Assembly: GCA_903919035.1 (NCBI GenBank)
Contig: CAIXGY010000108.1
Span: 1-55,580 of the forward strand
Source of the DNA: an uncultured Planctomycetaceae bacterium
GTDB lineage: Bacteria; Planctomycetota; Planctomycetia; Pirellulales; UBA1268
Length of the DNA stretch: 55,580 nucleotides
Reading direction: 5' to 3'
Under the pieces are notes generated by a model. The model was not told where the DNA came from and did not search any database. It saw only the letters and a list, made by a program, of their open reading frames with translations. Shown here piece after piece: positions 22,007 through 31,528 of the stretch. Positions within the stretch are counted from its first letter, which is position 1. Each line of letters starts with the position of its first letter. The position numbers were made by a program, and so were the translations under genes.

Positions 22007-23008
22007 ATGCGGATCGGGATCGTGAACGACGTGCGAGCCGCCAGCGAGGCACTGCGGCGCGTCGTCGACAGTCTGCCGGATCACCAGGTGGCCTGGACGG
22101 CCGCGGACGGCGTCGAGGCCGTGGCACTCGCGAAGCGCGACCGGCCCGACCTCATCCTCATGGATCTCGTCATGCCGCACCTCGACGGCGTGCAGGCCAC
22201 CGCGCAGATCATGGCGGTGGCGCCCTGTGCGATCCTGGTGGTCACCGCCACGGTGAGCGGCAACATTTCGCTCGTCTACGAGGCGATGGGCCACGGCGCG
22301 CTCGACGCGGTCGACACGCCGATCCTGGGCGCTGCCGGCGAGGTGAGCGGCGCGACCGCCCTCGCCGAGAAGATTGGCACGATCGCCAAGATCGTGGGGG
22401 CGACCGCCGAGCCGCGGCGTGCCACACGGCCGGCCTCATCCACGCCGCCGCGGCTGCTCGTCGTCGGGGCCTCCACCGGCGGACCGAAGGCGCTCTCCGA
22501 CCTGCTGGTGCCCCTGCCGCGAGACTGGAACGTCGCCACGCTCGTGGTCCAACACGTCGACGTAGCCTTCGCCCAGGGGCTCGCCAAGTGGCTCGGCGAA
22601 CGGACCGGTCGCGCGGTCCGCGTGGCTGCCCACGGCCAGCAGCCGCAGGCCGGGGAGGTGCTGCTCGCGGGCACGAACGACCATCTGGTGATGACCACGT
22701 CGCGGACGCTCGAATATCGCGCGGAGCCCAGGGACGTCTTCTTTCGCCCGAGCGTCGATGTCTTTTTCGAGAGCATCGCCGAACATTGGCCGCAGCCCGG
22801 CGTCGCGCTCCTGCTCACGGGCATGGGCAAGGACGGGGGCCGCGGACTGCTGAAGCTCCGCGGCCGCGGCTGGCACACCGTCGCTCAGGACGAGGCCTCG
22901 AGCGTGGTCTGGAGCATGCCGAAGGCTGGTATCGACGCCGGTGCGGCCTGCGAGGTGTTGCCGGTCGATCAGATGGCCCGCGTGGTGTCAGCCCGTCTGG
23001 GTGGCTGA
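22007..23008 (+). CDS. cheB: REC-CheB methylesterase (WspF-like)
   Basis: MRIGIVND receiver; catalytic motifs GASTGG, QH, LTGMGKDG. Confidence 0.93.
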   Translation: MRIGIVNDVRAASEALRRVVDSLPDHQVAWTAADGVEAVALAKRDRPDLILMDLVMPHLDGVQATAQIMAVAPCAILVVTATVSGNISLVYEAMGHGALDAVDTPILGAAGEVSGATALAEKIGTIAKIVGATAEPRRATRPASSTPPRLLVVGASTGGPKALSDLLVPLPRDWNVATLVVQHVDVAFAQGLAKWLGERTGRAVRVAAHGQQPQAGEVLLAGTNDHLVMTTSRTLEYRAEPRDVFFRPSVDVFFESIAEHWPQPGVALLLTGMGKDGGRGLLKLRGRGWHTVAQDEASSVVWSMPKAGIDAGAACEVLPVDQMARVVSARLGG

Positions 23009-24459
23009 CGCAAGGCGGCTTCGAGCGTCGCCATCACGCCGAGAATCGTGTGCTCGTCGCTGCCCGGGCAGGCAACGATCTGCACGCCCACCGGCAGCCC
23101 GGCACTGCCGCGGTCGCAGTCGGCCGCGGCCCGGAGCACGGGATCGCGGGAGGCCGTCCGGGAGGCCTGCTCGTCGCCCCGCACCACCGCGATGGGCACG
23201 GCACCGGCCGGCAGATCGAGCAGGTTCGCCAGCAAGCACGGCGCCGCGGCGAGCACCAGCGTGGCCGCGGTGCCGTGACGGAGCGCCGGCAGCGCCGACA
23301 CCGGACACACGACCGCGTCGAGCCCCGCGACGGCAACCGCGAACCGACGGGCGAGGTCACGGCGGCGCGTCAGCAGATTCCGCCTGCCTGCGGGGGTACA
23401 TGGACCCGTCCTGCGGAGTGCCTCGGCTTCGATCCGCCGGCCCGTCAGCCACGCCGCAGCGGCCAGCAGCGACCGCCCGGCTCGTGGAACGCGGGCCAAC
23501 CGCAGGAGCCGCTCCACGCCCTCGATCGGCCGCTCCCCTCCGAAGAGCGCGCGGATGTCGGCGCCCCCGTCCGCTCCCACGATCCCCAGATGCAGCCAGG
23601 CCGCCTCTGCCGCGATGCCGCCATCGAGCCGCACGACGTCCGCCCCGGCGAGTTCCAGTGCACGGATGGCCTCACCCACCGCGCGGGCGATCGCCGGTGA
23701 CGGCGGGATCGGACCTGCATGGTCCCACCATCCGACCCGCAGCCCGGCGGCGCCTGAAACCATGCGGGATGAGGCCTCGACGCGCCCCAGTGCCTCGAGA
23801 GCCAGCCGGAGATCGTCCGTCCATCGCGCGAGAAACCCGGCCCGCGGTCGCACGGCCTCGAGATGCGGCAGCGTGTCGACCGCCCCACCCTCACCGAGCA
23901 CTGCGGAGCGCGGCATGAGCGCCGCGATGCCGCAGGCGTGGGCCGGCTGTCGCAAGCTGCCGGCGAGATCGGTGCCGATCGCCAAGGGCACGACGCCGGC
24001 GGCGACGAGCGCCGCATCGCCGCCACTCGAGCCGCCCGGGCCGCGATCGGGGTCGACCGGGTGGCTCGTGCGGCCCCAGACCGGGTTGGTGGTTTCGTGC
24101 AGGAACATCGCCTGCGGCACGTTCGCCTTTCCCACCACGACCGCGCCGGCGGCCTTGAGCCGGGCGACCAGCGTCGCGTCGGCCGCATCGCGCACGTGTC
24201 GACGCGCCATGATCCCGAGCGTGGTCGTGAGCCCCGCGACCGGAAAGCATTCCTTCACGCTCACCGGCACCCCGGCGAGTGGCCCGGACATTCGTCCTGG
24301 ACCCGACGCGTCAATCCGGGCGGCGGCGAAGCGCGGCTGAACGAGCGCGTTCAGCCGGGCATGTGTCGCCGCATGTCGCGCCTCCACGAGGTCGAGCACG
24401 TCGGCAGCCTGGAGCCCGCCATCCGCCACGGCAGCCGCGATCTGGGATGCCGTCTCCAC
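22969..24459 (-). CDS. Amidase-signature family enzyme (fatty-acid amide hydrolase-like)
   Basis: VSVKE Lys, GGSSGG, GTDLAGSLRQPA Ser: Lys-Ser-Ser triad intact; GLPVGVQIV. Confidence 0.9.
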   Translation of the reverse strand: METASQIAAAVADGGLQAADVLDLVEARHAATHARLNALVQPRFAAARIDASGPGRMSGPLAGVPVSVKECFPVAGLTTTLGIMARRHVRDAADATLVARLKAAGAVVVGKANVPQAMFLHETTNPVWGRTSHPVDPDRGPGGSSGGDAALVAAGVVPLAIGTDLAGSLRQPAHACGIAALMPRSAVLGEGGAVDTLPHLEAVRPRAGFLARWTDDLRLALEALGRVEASSRMVSGAAGLRVGWWDHAGPIPPSPAIARAVGEAIRALELAGADVVRLDGGIAAEAAWLHLGIVGADGGADIRALFGGERPIEGVERLLRLARVPRAGRSLLAAAAWLTGRRIEAEALRRTGPCTPAGRRNLLTRRRDLARRFAVAVAGLDAVVCPVSALPALRHGTAATLVLAAAPCLLANLLDLPAGAVPIAVVRGDEQASRTASRDPVLRAAADCDRGSAGLPVGVQIVACPGSDEHTILGVMATLEAALRQPPRRADTTRAI

Positions 24460-24482
24460 GCGTCGCCAATCCCGGTGAGAGG

Positions 24483-26228
24483 TCAGGATCCGGTGGTCGG
24501 CTCGGCGACGCTCGCGCGGACGTCCGCAGCCCAGATCACGGCCCCATCGAGGGCCACGCCCGTGACGATCACGCGGTCGCCCGCGGCCGCCATCGGCTCG
24601 ACTCGCGAGATGACCGTGAAATCACGGGGCAGACCGTCGGCCCCGGTGAGGGTGACCCGGGCGGCCCAGTAGGGGCCCACCCTCCGGGCCGATTCGAGGG
24701 TCGCCGGCACGACCACTCCGTCACTGCCGCGTCGCTCGTAAGCCAGCCAATCGGGAGCCAGCGTCGCCAGTTCCGCGACCAAGGCATCACTCGCGCCGAT
24801 GTCGCCGTGCAGGGCCCCGACGGTGTCCGGCGACTGGGTGAGGGGCCGGCCCGAGGAGGCGGCCATGTGTTCCACGGCCACGAGCTCTTCAGCGACCCGG
24901 GCCAGGGCCCGATACCACCGGGTTCGCAACAACTTGTAGGCGCGGTTGTTCTTGTCGGCCACGGTCCCCAGGGCGGTGGACAACGCCGCCGCGTCGCCGA
25001 CGGCCGCATCCAGGGCGGCGGTGTCGAGCGGCGGTGGCTCTGGCGGCGACACCGGCGCCGTGTCGAGGGCATCGAGGCCGGCCACGCCAGACTGGTCGGT
25101 GAGCGGCTCCGGTTCAGGGGGTGCCGCCACATCCACGACCGGCTCGGGCTCGACAGCCACGATCGAATCCACGATCGGCCCGGGCTCGACACCTACGACG
25201 GGATCCGCGACCGGAGCGACCTCGTCCGCCACGGGTTCCGCGAGTTGTGCACTCGCCGGCACCGCGGGCTCGTCCGGCTGCACCTCCGGCTCGGGCTGCG
25301 ACTCCGGCTCGGGCTGCGACTCCGGCTCCGGCCCCGGCTCCGATGCCGCTTGCGGCCCTGGCTCCGACGGCTCGGGCTCCGACAACGCCGCAGTCAGCGG
25401 CTCGGGCTCATCGACCGCCGGCACCTGATCGGGCGCCGCGCCGCCTTCGAGGCCGGCCGGCTGAAACGCGGGCGACGGCTGCTGGCCCGGTCTGAATTTC
25501 TGCGGCAGGAGGAACGCGACCTGGGATGGCACCGCCTTCGTCACGCCAAGCGGATCCTTGCCGAGTCCAAAGATCAGAATCGCGAGCGTGATCGGAATGG
25601 CCGCCACGCCGCCCAACGCCACGCCGACCAACGGACCGAGCCCACTCTTCCGGGGGCGGGGCGTCGGCTTCGTCGACGGCCCGGCGTTCACGGCGACACC
25701 CGCAGCGGCCGCCGCATCGACATCGGGAAGACAACCGTCCTCGATCTCGTCCGCTGCGGAGTCGCCAGCGACCGATTCGATGCCCGCCCATGCGGCCGCA
25801 GCCTCATCCGTCACACCGATCTCATCGAGCGCGTTGAAATCGGCGTTGACATCGGCATCGCTACCGACCGAATCGAACGCGCCGTGCGTTCCCGCTCCCG
25901 ACGTGCCGGTGCCGATGTCGATCGCCGACGATCCGGCGGCGGCATCCTCCGGGGCGAACCCCGACGACGGGGTTCCCGCGTGAGGCTCGACCTCAACGTC
26001 GTGCAGCCAATCGTCGATCGCCGCGTCGGCGATGTCATCCGAGGCCGATTGACCGTCTCCCGATGCGGCAGCCGCGCCTGGGGACGTCGCGTCCCCATCC
26101 GCGACCGACGGTGCAGCCGGGTCGTCGCCGTCGGGGCGAAGGGAGAGCTCACCGAGATCGCCATCGAGGCCATCGGCCACGATGTCGTCCCAGGGATCCG
26201 GCTCGGGCCCGCGGTCGTCGTCTGCCAT
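24483..26228 (-). CDS. Hypothetical acidic, Pro/Glu-rich single-pass membrane protein
   Basis: ATG at 26228 after GGGAGA; Asp-rich N-terminus, TM (LVGVALGGVAAIPITLAILIFGLG), EP-rich linker, folded-looking C-terminal domain. Confidence 0.7.
   Translation of the reverse strand: MADDDRGPEPDPWDDIVADGLDGDLGELSLRPDGDDPAAPSVADGDATSPGAAAASGDGQSASDDIADAAIDDWLHDVEVEPHAGTPSSGFAPEDAAAGSSAIDIGTGTSGAGTHGAFDSVGSDADVNADFNALDEIGVTDEAAAAWAGIESVAGDSAADEIEDGCLPDVDAAAAAGVAVNAGPSTKPTPRPRKSGLGPLVGVALGGVAAIPITLAILIFGLGKDPLGVTKAVPSQVAFLLPQKFRPGQQPSPAFQPAGLEGGAAPDQVPAVDEPEPLTAALSEPEPSEPGPQAASEPGPEPESQPEPESQPEPEVQPDEPAVPASAQLAEPVADEVAPVADPVVGVEPGPIVDSIVAVEPEPVVDVAAPPEPEPLTDQSGVAGLDALDTAPVSPPEPPPLDTAALDAAVGDAAALSTALGTVADKNNRAYKLLRTRWYRALARVAEELVAVEHMAASSGRPLTQSPDTVGALHGDIGASDALVAELATLAPDWLAYERRGSDGVVVPATLESARRVGPYWAARVTLTGADGLPRDFTVISRVEPMAAAGDRVIVTGVALDGAVIWAADVRASVAEPTTGS
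25284..25328. repeat. 18-bp in-frame tandem repeat (about 2.5 copies) encoding PEPESQ
   Basis: CTCCGGCTCGGGCTGCGA x2 plus a partial copy. Confidence 0.7.
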
Positions 26229-26460
26229 GGTGTTGTCTCCCACCTGCTTCGAGAAATCGCCGGGGGCGGCGCCCGATGACGTCGGAGGGAAAGTGTACCA
26301 CCGCGGTTTTGCGGCCGGCCAACGGCCGGCCTGCCGTCCACGGGCCGCGATCGCGGCCACCAACGGGGCGTCGGCAGGTGCGCGGCAGGGCCGATCGGTA
26401 TGCTTTCCGGTCCTCGGTCGGCTCGTCGCCGGTCGCCACGCGAATCCACCAGTCGTGTCG

Positions 26461-27144
26461 ATGCTCGACGCTCTCGTCATCGCTCCGCATCCCGACGACG
26501 CGGAACTCGGCATGGGCGGCACGATCGCCCTCATGCTCGCCCGGGGGCTGCGCGTCGGCGTGCTCGACCTCACCGATGGCGAACCCACGCCCCGCGGTTC
26601 GGTCGAACTCAGATCCCGCGAGACTGCGGCGGCCACCGCGGTGCTCGGCATCCCGTGGCGGGAAAACCTCGGCCTGCCCAACCGTCGGCTGCGTGCGACC
26701 CTGGCAGCCCGAGGCCTGCTCGCGGGAGTCATCCGCCAGGTCCGCCCCCGCTGGCTGTTCGCGCCCCACTGGGTCGATGCACATCCCGACCACGTCGCCG
26801 CCACACGGCTCGTGGAGGCGGCGAGATTCTGGGCGAAGCTCACCAAGTGCGACCTGCCGGGTGAACCCTGCCACCCGGAGCGGATCTTCCATTACGCCTG
26901 CGTCCACCTCCGCACCGTCCGTCGACCGGCCTTCATCGTCGACGTGTCGGTGACTGGCGCGGTGAAGCATCGCGCGGTGGCCTGCTACGCGAGCCAGTTT
27001 CCGGGCGATGCTCCCGCACCCACGGTGCCGGAGCGGGTGGCTGCCGCCGATGCCTGGTGGGGATCGCTGATCGGGGCGAGCCACGGCGAACCCTTCTGGT
27101 GCCGAGAGCCGCTCGGCCTCACCGGATTCGCGGACCTGCGGTAG
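26461..27144 (+). CDS. bshB1: PIG-L family deacetylase, BshB1-like
   Basis: APHPDDAELGMGGT, DLTDGEPTPRG, DAHPDH, FWAKLTK. Confidence 0.8.
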   Translation: MLDALVIAPHPDDAELGMGGTIALMLARGLRVGVLDLTDGEPTPRGSVELRSRETAAATAVLGIPWRENLGLPNRRLRATLAARGLLAGVIRQVRPRWLFAPHWVDAHPDHVAATRLVEAARFWAKLTKCDLPGEPCHPERIFHYACVHLRTVRRPAFIVDVSVTGAVKHRAVACYASQFPGDAPAPTVPERVAAADAWWGSLIGASHGEPFWCREPLGLTGFADLR

Positions 27145-27442
27145 CCATCCGTGGATTCGGTCGTCCCTCACCCGCGTGCCCGCTGCCGACCGATGGAGCG
27201 GCGGAGGTTGTGCCCGGGCGGCGATCAGGGCGCCCTGCTCCGGCGGACTCGCTCCACGGCCTGAGATGTGGCCCCCCTCACAGTTTGCCCAGAGTCAGGC
27301 GCCATGGTGTGAATCCCGGACGGTGAGCCCGATCGCGGAGACTCGGGGGGAGCCGCGCGACGGGCTGCGGCCACGGCCGCAGCCCTGCCGATACTTCCCC
27401 TGGGCGGACGTGTGCGCCGCCCAATCGGGCCTGGGGCTCCTC

Positions 27443-27682
27443 ATGAACTCCCGCGACGTCAACGTCATCGCACTCGTCAAGGGAGAAGAGCGGTACGTCT
27501 TCCTGTTCGACGACGACAGCCGCGACGCGGCGATCCGGGCACTCGGCCGCCACGCCGCGAATCCCGAGTTGAACTTCTCGTGGTACGACGCGGCGACGCT
27601 CGCCCACAAGGTCCGGCAGAGCGGTCCGCGGCCGCGGCGGCTGCGATTCCTGCCGCGGGCCGACCGCCCGGCGCAGGGCTGA
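27443..27682 (+). CDS. Small hypothetical protein upstream of xerC
   Basis: MNSRDVNVIALVKGEERYVFLFDD...NFSWYDAA; globular composition; 10-bp gap to xerC. Confidence 0.75.
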   Translation: MNSRDVNVIALVKGEERYVFLFDDDSRDAAIRALGRHAANPELNFSWYDAATLAHKVRQSGPRPRRLRFLPRADRPAQG

Positions 27683-27692
27683 ACGATCGACG

Positions 27693-28616
27693 ATGGGCAC
27701 GTCCTCCCCGTCCGCCGACGGTGAGTTCGCCGCGGCGATCGACCGCTTCCTCGTCCATCTGGCCGCCGAACGGGGTACGTCGCCGCTGACCCGCAAGGCG
27801 TACCGTGAGGATCTTCTGCAGCTGGAGGAGTTTCTGCGGTCGGCGGGCTGCCGCGGCCCGGCCGACGCCACCAGTGCGATCCTGCGCCGCTTCGCCGCCG
27901 GCCTGCATGCGGCCGGCTACGCGGCCTCGACCGTGGCGCGAAAGTTGGCGAGCATGCGAAGTTTCTACACGTTCGGGCAGCGCGAGGGCTGGGTTCGCGC
28001 GAACCCCGCGAAACCGCTCCGCGGCCCGAAGCGGGGCCGCACGCTGCCGAAGTTCCTGACGGGTGACGAGATCGGTCGGCTGCTCGCCGCGCCACGGCCC
28101 CAGGCTGCAGGCGGCGTCCGCGATCGGGCCGTGCTCGAACTCATGTATTCGGCCGGACTCCGCGTGCAGGAACTCGTCAACCTCGACGATGCCGACCTCG
28201 ACCTGACCAACGCCACGGTTCGGGTGCGGGGCAAGGGGCGACGCGAGCGGCTGGGAGTCGTCGGCTCCCACGCGCGATCCGCACTGCGGGCGTGGCTCGC
28301 CGCGCGACCGCGGCCTGCGACGGGTTCACGTGGTCCGCGGCCGCTGTTCACGAACAAGCTCGGCGGCCGGCTCTCGGTTCGCGGAGTCGCCCGCCTGCTG
28401 GAAAAGCATCTGCGATCCGCCGGGCTCGCGGGACGGGCGAGCCCGCACACGCTCCGCCACAGTTTCGCCACCCATCTCCTCGACGCGGGCGCCGACATCC
28501 GCAGCGTCCAGGAACTCCTGGGGCACAAGAGTCTCGTCACCACGCAGATCTATACCCACGTCACGACGAGTCGGCTGCTCGCCGCCTTCGACAAGGCCCA
28601 CCCACGGGCCCGGTAG
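27693..28616 (+). CDS. xerC: Tyrosine recombinase XerC/XerD
   Basis: Catalytic residues present: YSAGLRVQEL, GKG, HTLRHSFATHLL, LLGH..L.TTQIYTHV; N-terminal SAM-like domain. Confidence 0.9.
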   Translation: MGTSSPSADGEFAAAIDRFLVHLAAERGTSPLTRKAYREDLLQLEEFLRSAGCRGPADATSAILRRFAAGLHAAGYAASTVARKLASMRSFYTFGQREGWVRANPAKPLRGPKRGRTLPKFLTGDEIGRLLAAPRPQAAGGVRDRAVLELMYSAGLRVQELVNLDDADLDLTNATVRVRGKGRRERLGVVGSHARSALRAWLAARPRPATGSRGPRPLFTNKLGGRLSVRGVARLLEKHLRSAGLAGRASPHTLRHSFATHLLDAGADIRSVQELLGHKSLVTTQIYTHVTTSRLLAAFDKAHPRAR

Positions 28617-28672
28617 CCCGGCTCGACGGCACGGGCATCCCCGACACCTTGCCCGTCACGAACGAGGAAGGA

Positions 28673-28803
28673 TCGGGTCTGCCCATCCCCTCGAGACGGA
28701 GTCGACGGCAAGGGCAGGCATGGATGCCGGAGCGAAGCCGTCTCCGAGCGAAGTCCAGGATGGACGGAGCGAGCGTCCGTCGAGAGTCTGTGGGCAGACC
28801 CGA
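28673..28803 (+). repeat. Structured intergenic repeat, family A copy 1 (MITE/REP-like, GGA-loop hairpins)
   Basis: 13-bp terminal IR TCGGGTCTGCCCA/TGGGCAGACCCGA; internal hairpins GGCATGGATGCC (28717-28728) and GTCCAGGATGGAC (28753-28765); homologous to 47331-47462. Confidence 0.75.
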
Positions 28804-28872
28804 GCCGGTTGGGCGCAGAGACCGGCTCCCCACGAGATGCCCGAGTCACTCGACGCTCACGTATGAGCCGTG

Positions 28873-29505
28873 TCAGACCAGGCCGCGACGCACCGCCCAC
28901 ACGGCCGCCTGCGTGCGGTCGGAGACGGCGATCTTGCGGAGGATGTTTTGGACGTGCTCCTTCACGGTCTCCACGCTGATCGTGAGGGACTGGGCGATCT
29001 CCTTGTTCGACAGGCCCAACGCCATGTGGCGAAGCACCTGGGTCTCCCGCTGCGTGAGCGGAATGTCCGGGTCGGGCGGGCCGACACGGTTGGCCATCGT
29101 GGTGGCCACCCGCCGCATTTCACCGGCCCGGATGGGCAGTTGGCCCGCCGCGGCACCGGTGATCGAGTTGATGAGTTCACCGCGACTGCAGCCCTTCAGC
29201 ATGTAGTCGTGGGCGCCGGCCGCGACCGCCCGGGCCACGTAGGTCGGGTTGTCGAAGGTGGAGAGCATCACGCAGCGTACCGCCGGCATGTCCTTGCGGA
29301 TCTTCTCGAGCGCTCCCAGGCCGTCCTTGCCCGCCATGCGGATGTCGAGCAACACCACGTCGGGCTTGTGTTTCTTGGTCAACTTCACGGCCTCGTCGCC
29401 GTCCGTTGCCTCGCCGACGATTTTCACGTCGGAACCCGCCAACAGGCTCGCCAGACCGCGGCGAACCACTTCGTGATCGTCCGCGATGACAACCTTGACC
29501 GCCAT
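28873..29505 (-). CDS. NarL/LuxR-family response regulator
   Basis: IADDHEVVRRGL, LLDIRM receiver; LTQRETQVL..MALGLSNKEIAQSLTISVETVKEHVQNILRK HTH. Confidence 0.95.
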   Translation of the reverse strand: MAVKVVIADDHEVVRRGLASLLAGSDVKIVGEATDGDEAVKLTKKHKPDVVLLDIRMAGKDGLGALEKIRKDMPAVRCVMLSTFDNPTYVARAVAAGAHDYMLKGCSRGELINSITGAAAGQLPIRAGEMRRVATTMANRVGPPDPDIPLTQRETQVLRHMALGLSNKEIAQSLTISVETVKEHVQNILRKIAVSDRTQAAVWAVRRGLV

Positions 29506-29617
29506 GCGACCTCCCGGCGCGAGAAATGCCCCGAACCAACCGTTCGTTCGAGTGCCGGAATGCTATCAAGTCAAGAAACTTGAATCAACGGCCGGACGGG
29601 ATGCCGCCCCGCGCACG

Positions 29618-30622
29618 TCATGCTTCCGGCCCGTGCACGGACGCTGTCGCACGCATCCGGGACAGCATCTCGAGCGCTCCTCGCGTGGCAAGGTCCGCCG
29701 CAACCCGGCGTCCGAGCTCGACGGCGGCGCGGCGCGACACCCCGCTCCCTTCGCCGCTGGGGATCGACCCCTCCGCATCGATCCGGCGCACGGCCCCATC
29801 GCGTTCCTCGAAGACGCAGGCCCCCAGCACGAGCCCACGATGCGGTTCGACCCTGGCCCAGCCGCCGATCGGGGCGAGACAGCCGCCGGCGAGTTCCGCG
29901 AGACACGCCCGCTCGGCGCACACGGCCAGATGCGAGGCCTCGTGATCGAGAGCCGCGAGCGTCTGGCTGGTTCGCCCATCGTCGGCACGCATCTGCACTG
30001 CCAGGGCGCCCTGCGAGACGGCCGGCCAGAAGCGGTCGGGCCGCAGGACCTCGGTGATCCGGTCGCGGAGGCCAAGCCGCTCGAGTCCGGCCCCGGCCAA
30101 CACGAGGGCGTCGTAGTCGCCCGCGTCGAGCCGGCGCAGCCGGGTATCGACATTCCCGCGAAGCGGGCGCACCGCGAGATCCGGTCGCAGTGCCAGCACC
30201 TGCACGATCCGACGGACGCTCGACGTCCCAACCACGGACCCTGCCGGCAGGGCGTCGAGCGTCGCCGCGGTGCGACCGATGAGGACGTCGAAGGGTAGCG
30301 CCCGCTCTGGCACACAGGCCACGACGAGCCCCGGCGTCTCGGCGGTGGGCAGGTCCTTGAGGCTGTGCACGGCGGCGTCGATCCGCCGCTCCAGCAGGGC
30401 ACGCTCCAGTTCGCGGACGAATACTCCGTCGGCGCCGAGCGTCGCCACCGGCCCCTGCTGGTCGGTGTCACCGCGGGTGGTGATCACCTCCAGGTCCACC
30501 GCGACGCCCGTGGCCCGCACGCGGTCGGCGACCCAGTTGGTCTGCGTGAGCGCCAGCGCGCTCCCCCGCGTGCCGATGCGCAGCACGTCCGGAACGGTCA
30601 CTGCTGTGCGGTCGGTGGCCAC
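29618..30622 (-). CDS. hemC: Hydroxymethylbilane synthase (porphobilinogen deaminase)
   Basis: LRIGTRGSALAL.Q, AVHSLKDLP, GTSSVRR, RGNVDTRL, LAGGC (cofactor Cys); start approximate. Confidence 0.94.
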   Translation of the reverse strand: MATDRTAVTVPDVLRIGTRGSALALTQTNWVADRVRATGVAVDLEVITTRGDTDQQGPVATLGADGVFVRELERALLERRIDAAVHSLKDLPTAETPGLVVACVPERALPFDVLIGRTAATLDALPAGSVVGTSSVRRIVQVLALRPDLAVRPLRGNVDTRLRRLDAGDYDALVLAGAGLERLGLRDRITEVLRPDRFWPAVSQGALAVQMRADDGRTSQTLAALDHEASHLAVCAERACLAELAGGCLAPIGGWARVEPHRGLVLGACVFEERDGAVRRIDAEGSIPSGEGSGVSRRAAVELGRRVAADLATRGALEMLSRMRATASVHGPEA

Positions 30623-30653
30623 GGTGTTCGTTCGCCGTCGTGATCGACATCCA

Positions 30654-31394
30654 TCAGTCAGAGCCGGCCGCGTCGGCCCGCGCCACGACAGCAGCGTACA
30701 CCGCGGCGGCCCCTGCGGAGACGGCGGCCTCCGCACAGGCCTCCAGCGTCGAGCCCGTGGTCGTGACGTCGTCGACCAGCAGGATGCGCAGGCCGGCCAG
30801 CCGTCCCCGGCTGCGGAAGGCACCGCGCACGTTTCGGCGGCGGTCGCCCACCGGCAGCGTGTTTTGCATCACGGTCGCGCGGCTCCGCCGCAGCAGCCGG
30901 CGGCACGGCAGCCCCAGGCCTGCGGCGACCCCCCGGGCGAGTTCATCGGCGGCACTCGCACCCCGCCCGATCCGCCGCAGCCAGTGCATCGGCACCGGCA
31001 CCACCGCCTCGGGCATCCAGGCGGCCAGCGTGGATCGGTGCCGATGCACGAGGAGCGTCGCGAGCGTCGCAGCCACGGCCGAACCTGCGGGTCGCTTGGC
31101 CCGCAGGACGGCCGACCGCAACTCGTCGGCATAGGAGCCCAGCACCACGATCCCGTCCCAACGCCGGCGCTGACGCCGACATGCCGGGCAGCCCGTGACC
31201 GCGGCGGGCGCCCCGCATGCACCGCAGCGGTCGCCGTCGCGCGACAGCGCCATGACACAGGCGTCGCAGGCCAGCGGGTCGCCGGACGACTGCAACTCAT
31301 CCCCGCACATCGTGCAACGCGGCGGCAGCACCAGATCGAGCCCCGCCGAAGCCCAGCCCGCAGCCGCCGCCCACAGTCGCCCGAACCGTGCCAT
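30654..31394 (-). CDS. comF: ComF-family protein (zinc ribbon plus phosphoribosyltransferase)
   Basis: Paired CxxC motifs, VPVPMH, LLVDDVTTTGSTL. Confidence 0.85.
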   Translation of the reverse strand: MARFGRLWAAAAGWASAGLDLVLPPRCTMCGDELQSSGDPLACDACVMALSRDGDRCGACGAPAAVTGCPACRRQRRRWDGIVVLGSYADELRSAVLRAKRPAGSAVAATLATLLVHRHRSTLAAWMPEAVVPVPMHWLRRIGRGASAADELARGVAAGLGLPCRRLLRRSRATVMQNTLPVGDRRRNVRGAFRSRGRLAGLRILLVDDVTTTGSTLEACAEAAVSAGAAAVYAAVVARADAAGSD

Positions 31395-31528
31395 GCCCGC
31401 ACCGCTCCCGGTTTCGCGCCATCAGGCCGGGTGGCACCTGGGCCACGGCACCAATTGACGCTCCGCGGCCTTCAGCCTACCTTCCCCGCCCCCAACGCCC
31501 CACCTCCCCAGCCCGGCTCCGCAACGGC

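Noticed and set aside
27693-28616. Tyrosine recombinase as a phage or island integrase
   Set aside because: Size and motifs are XerC/D-like, neighbours are housekeeping genes, and no att repeats or cargo were seen
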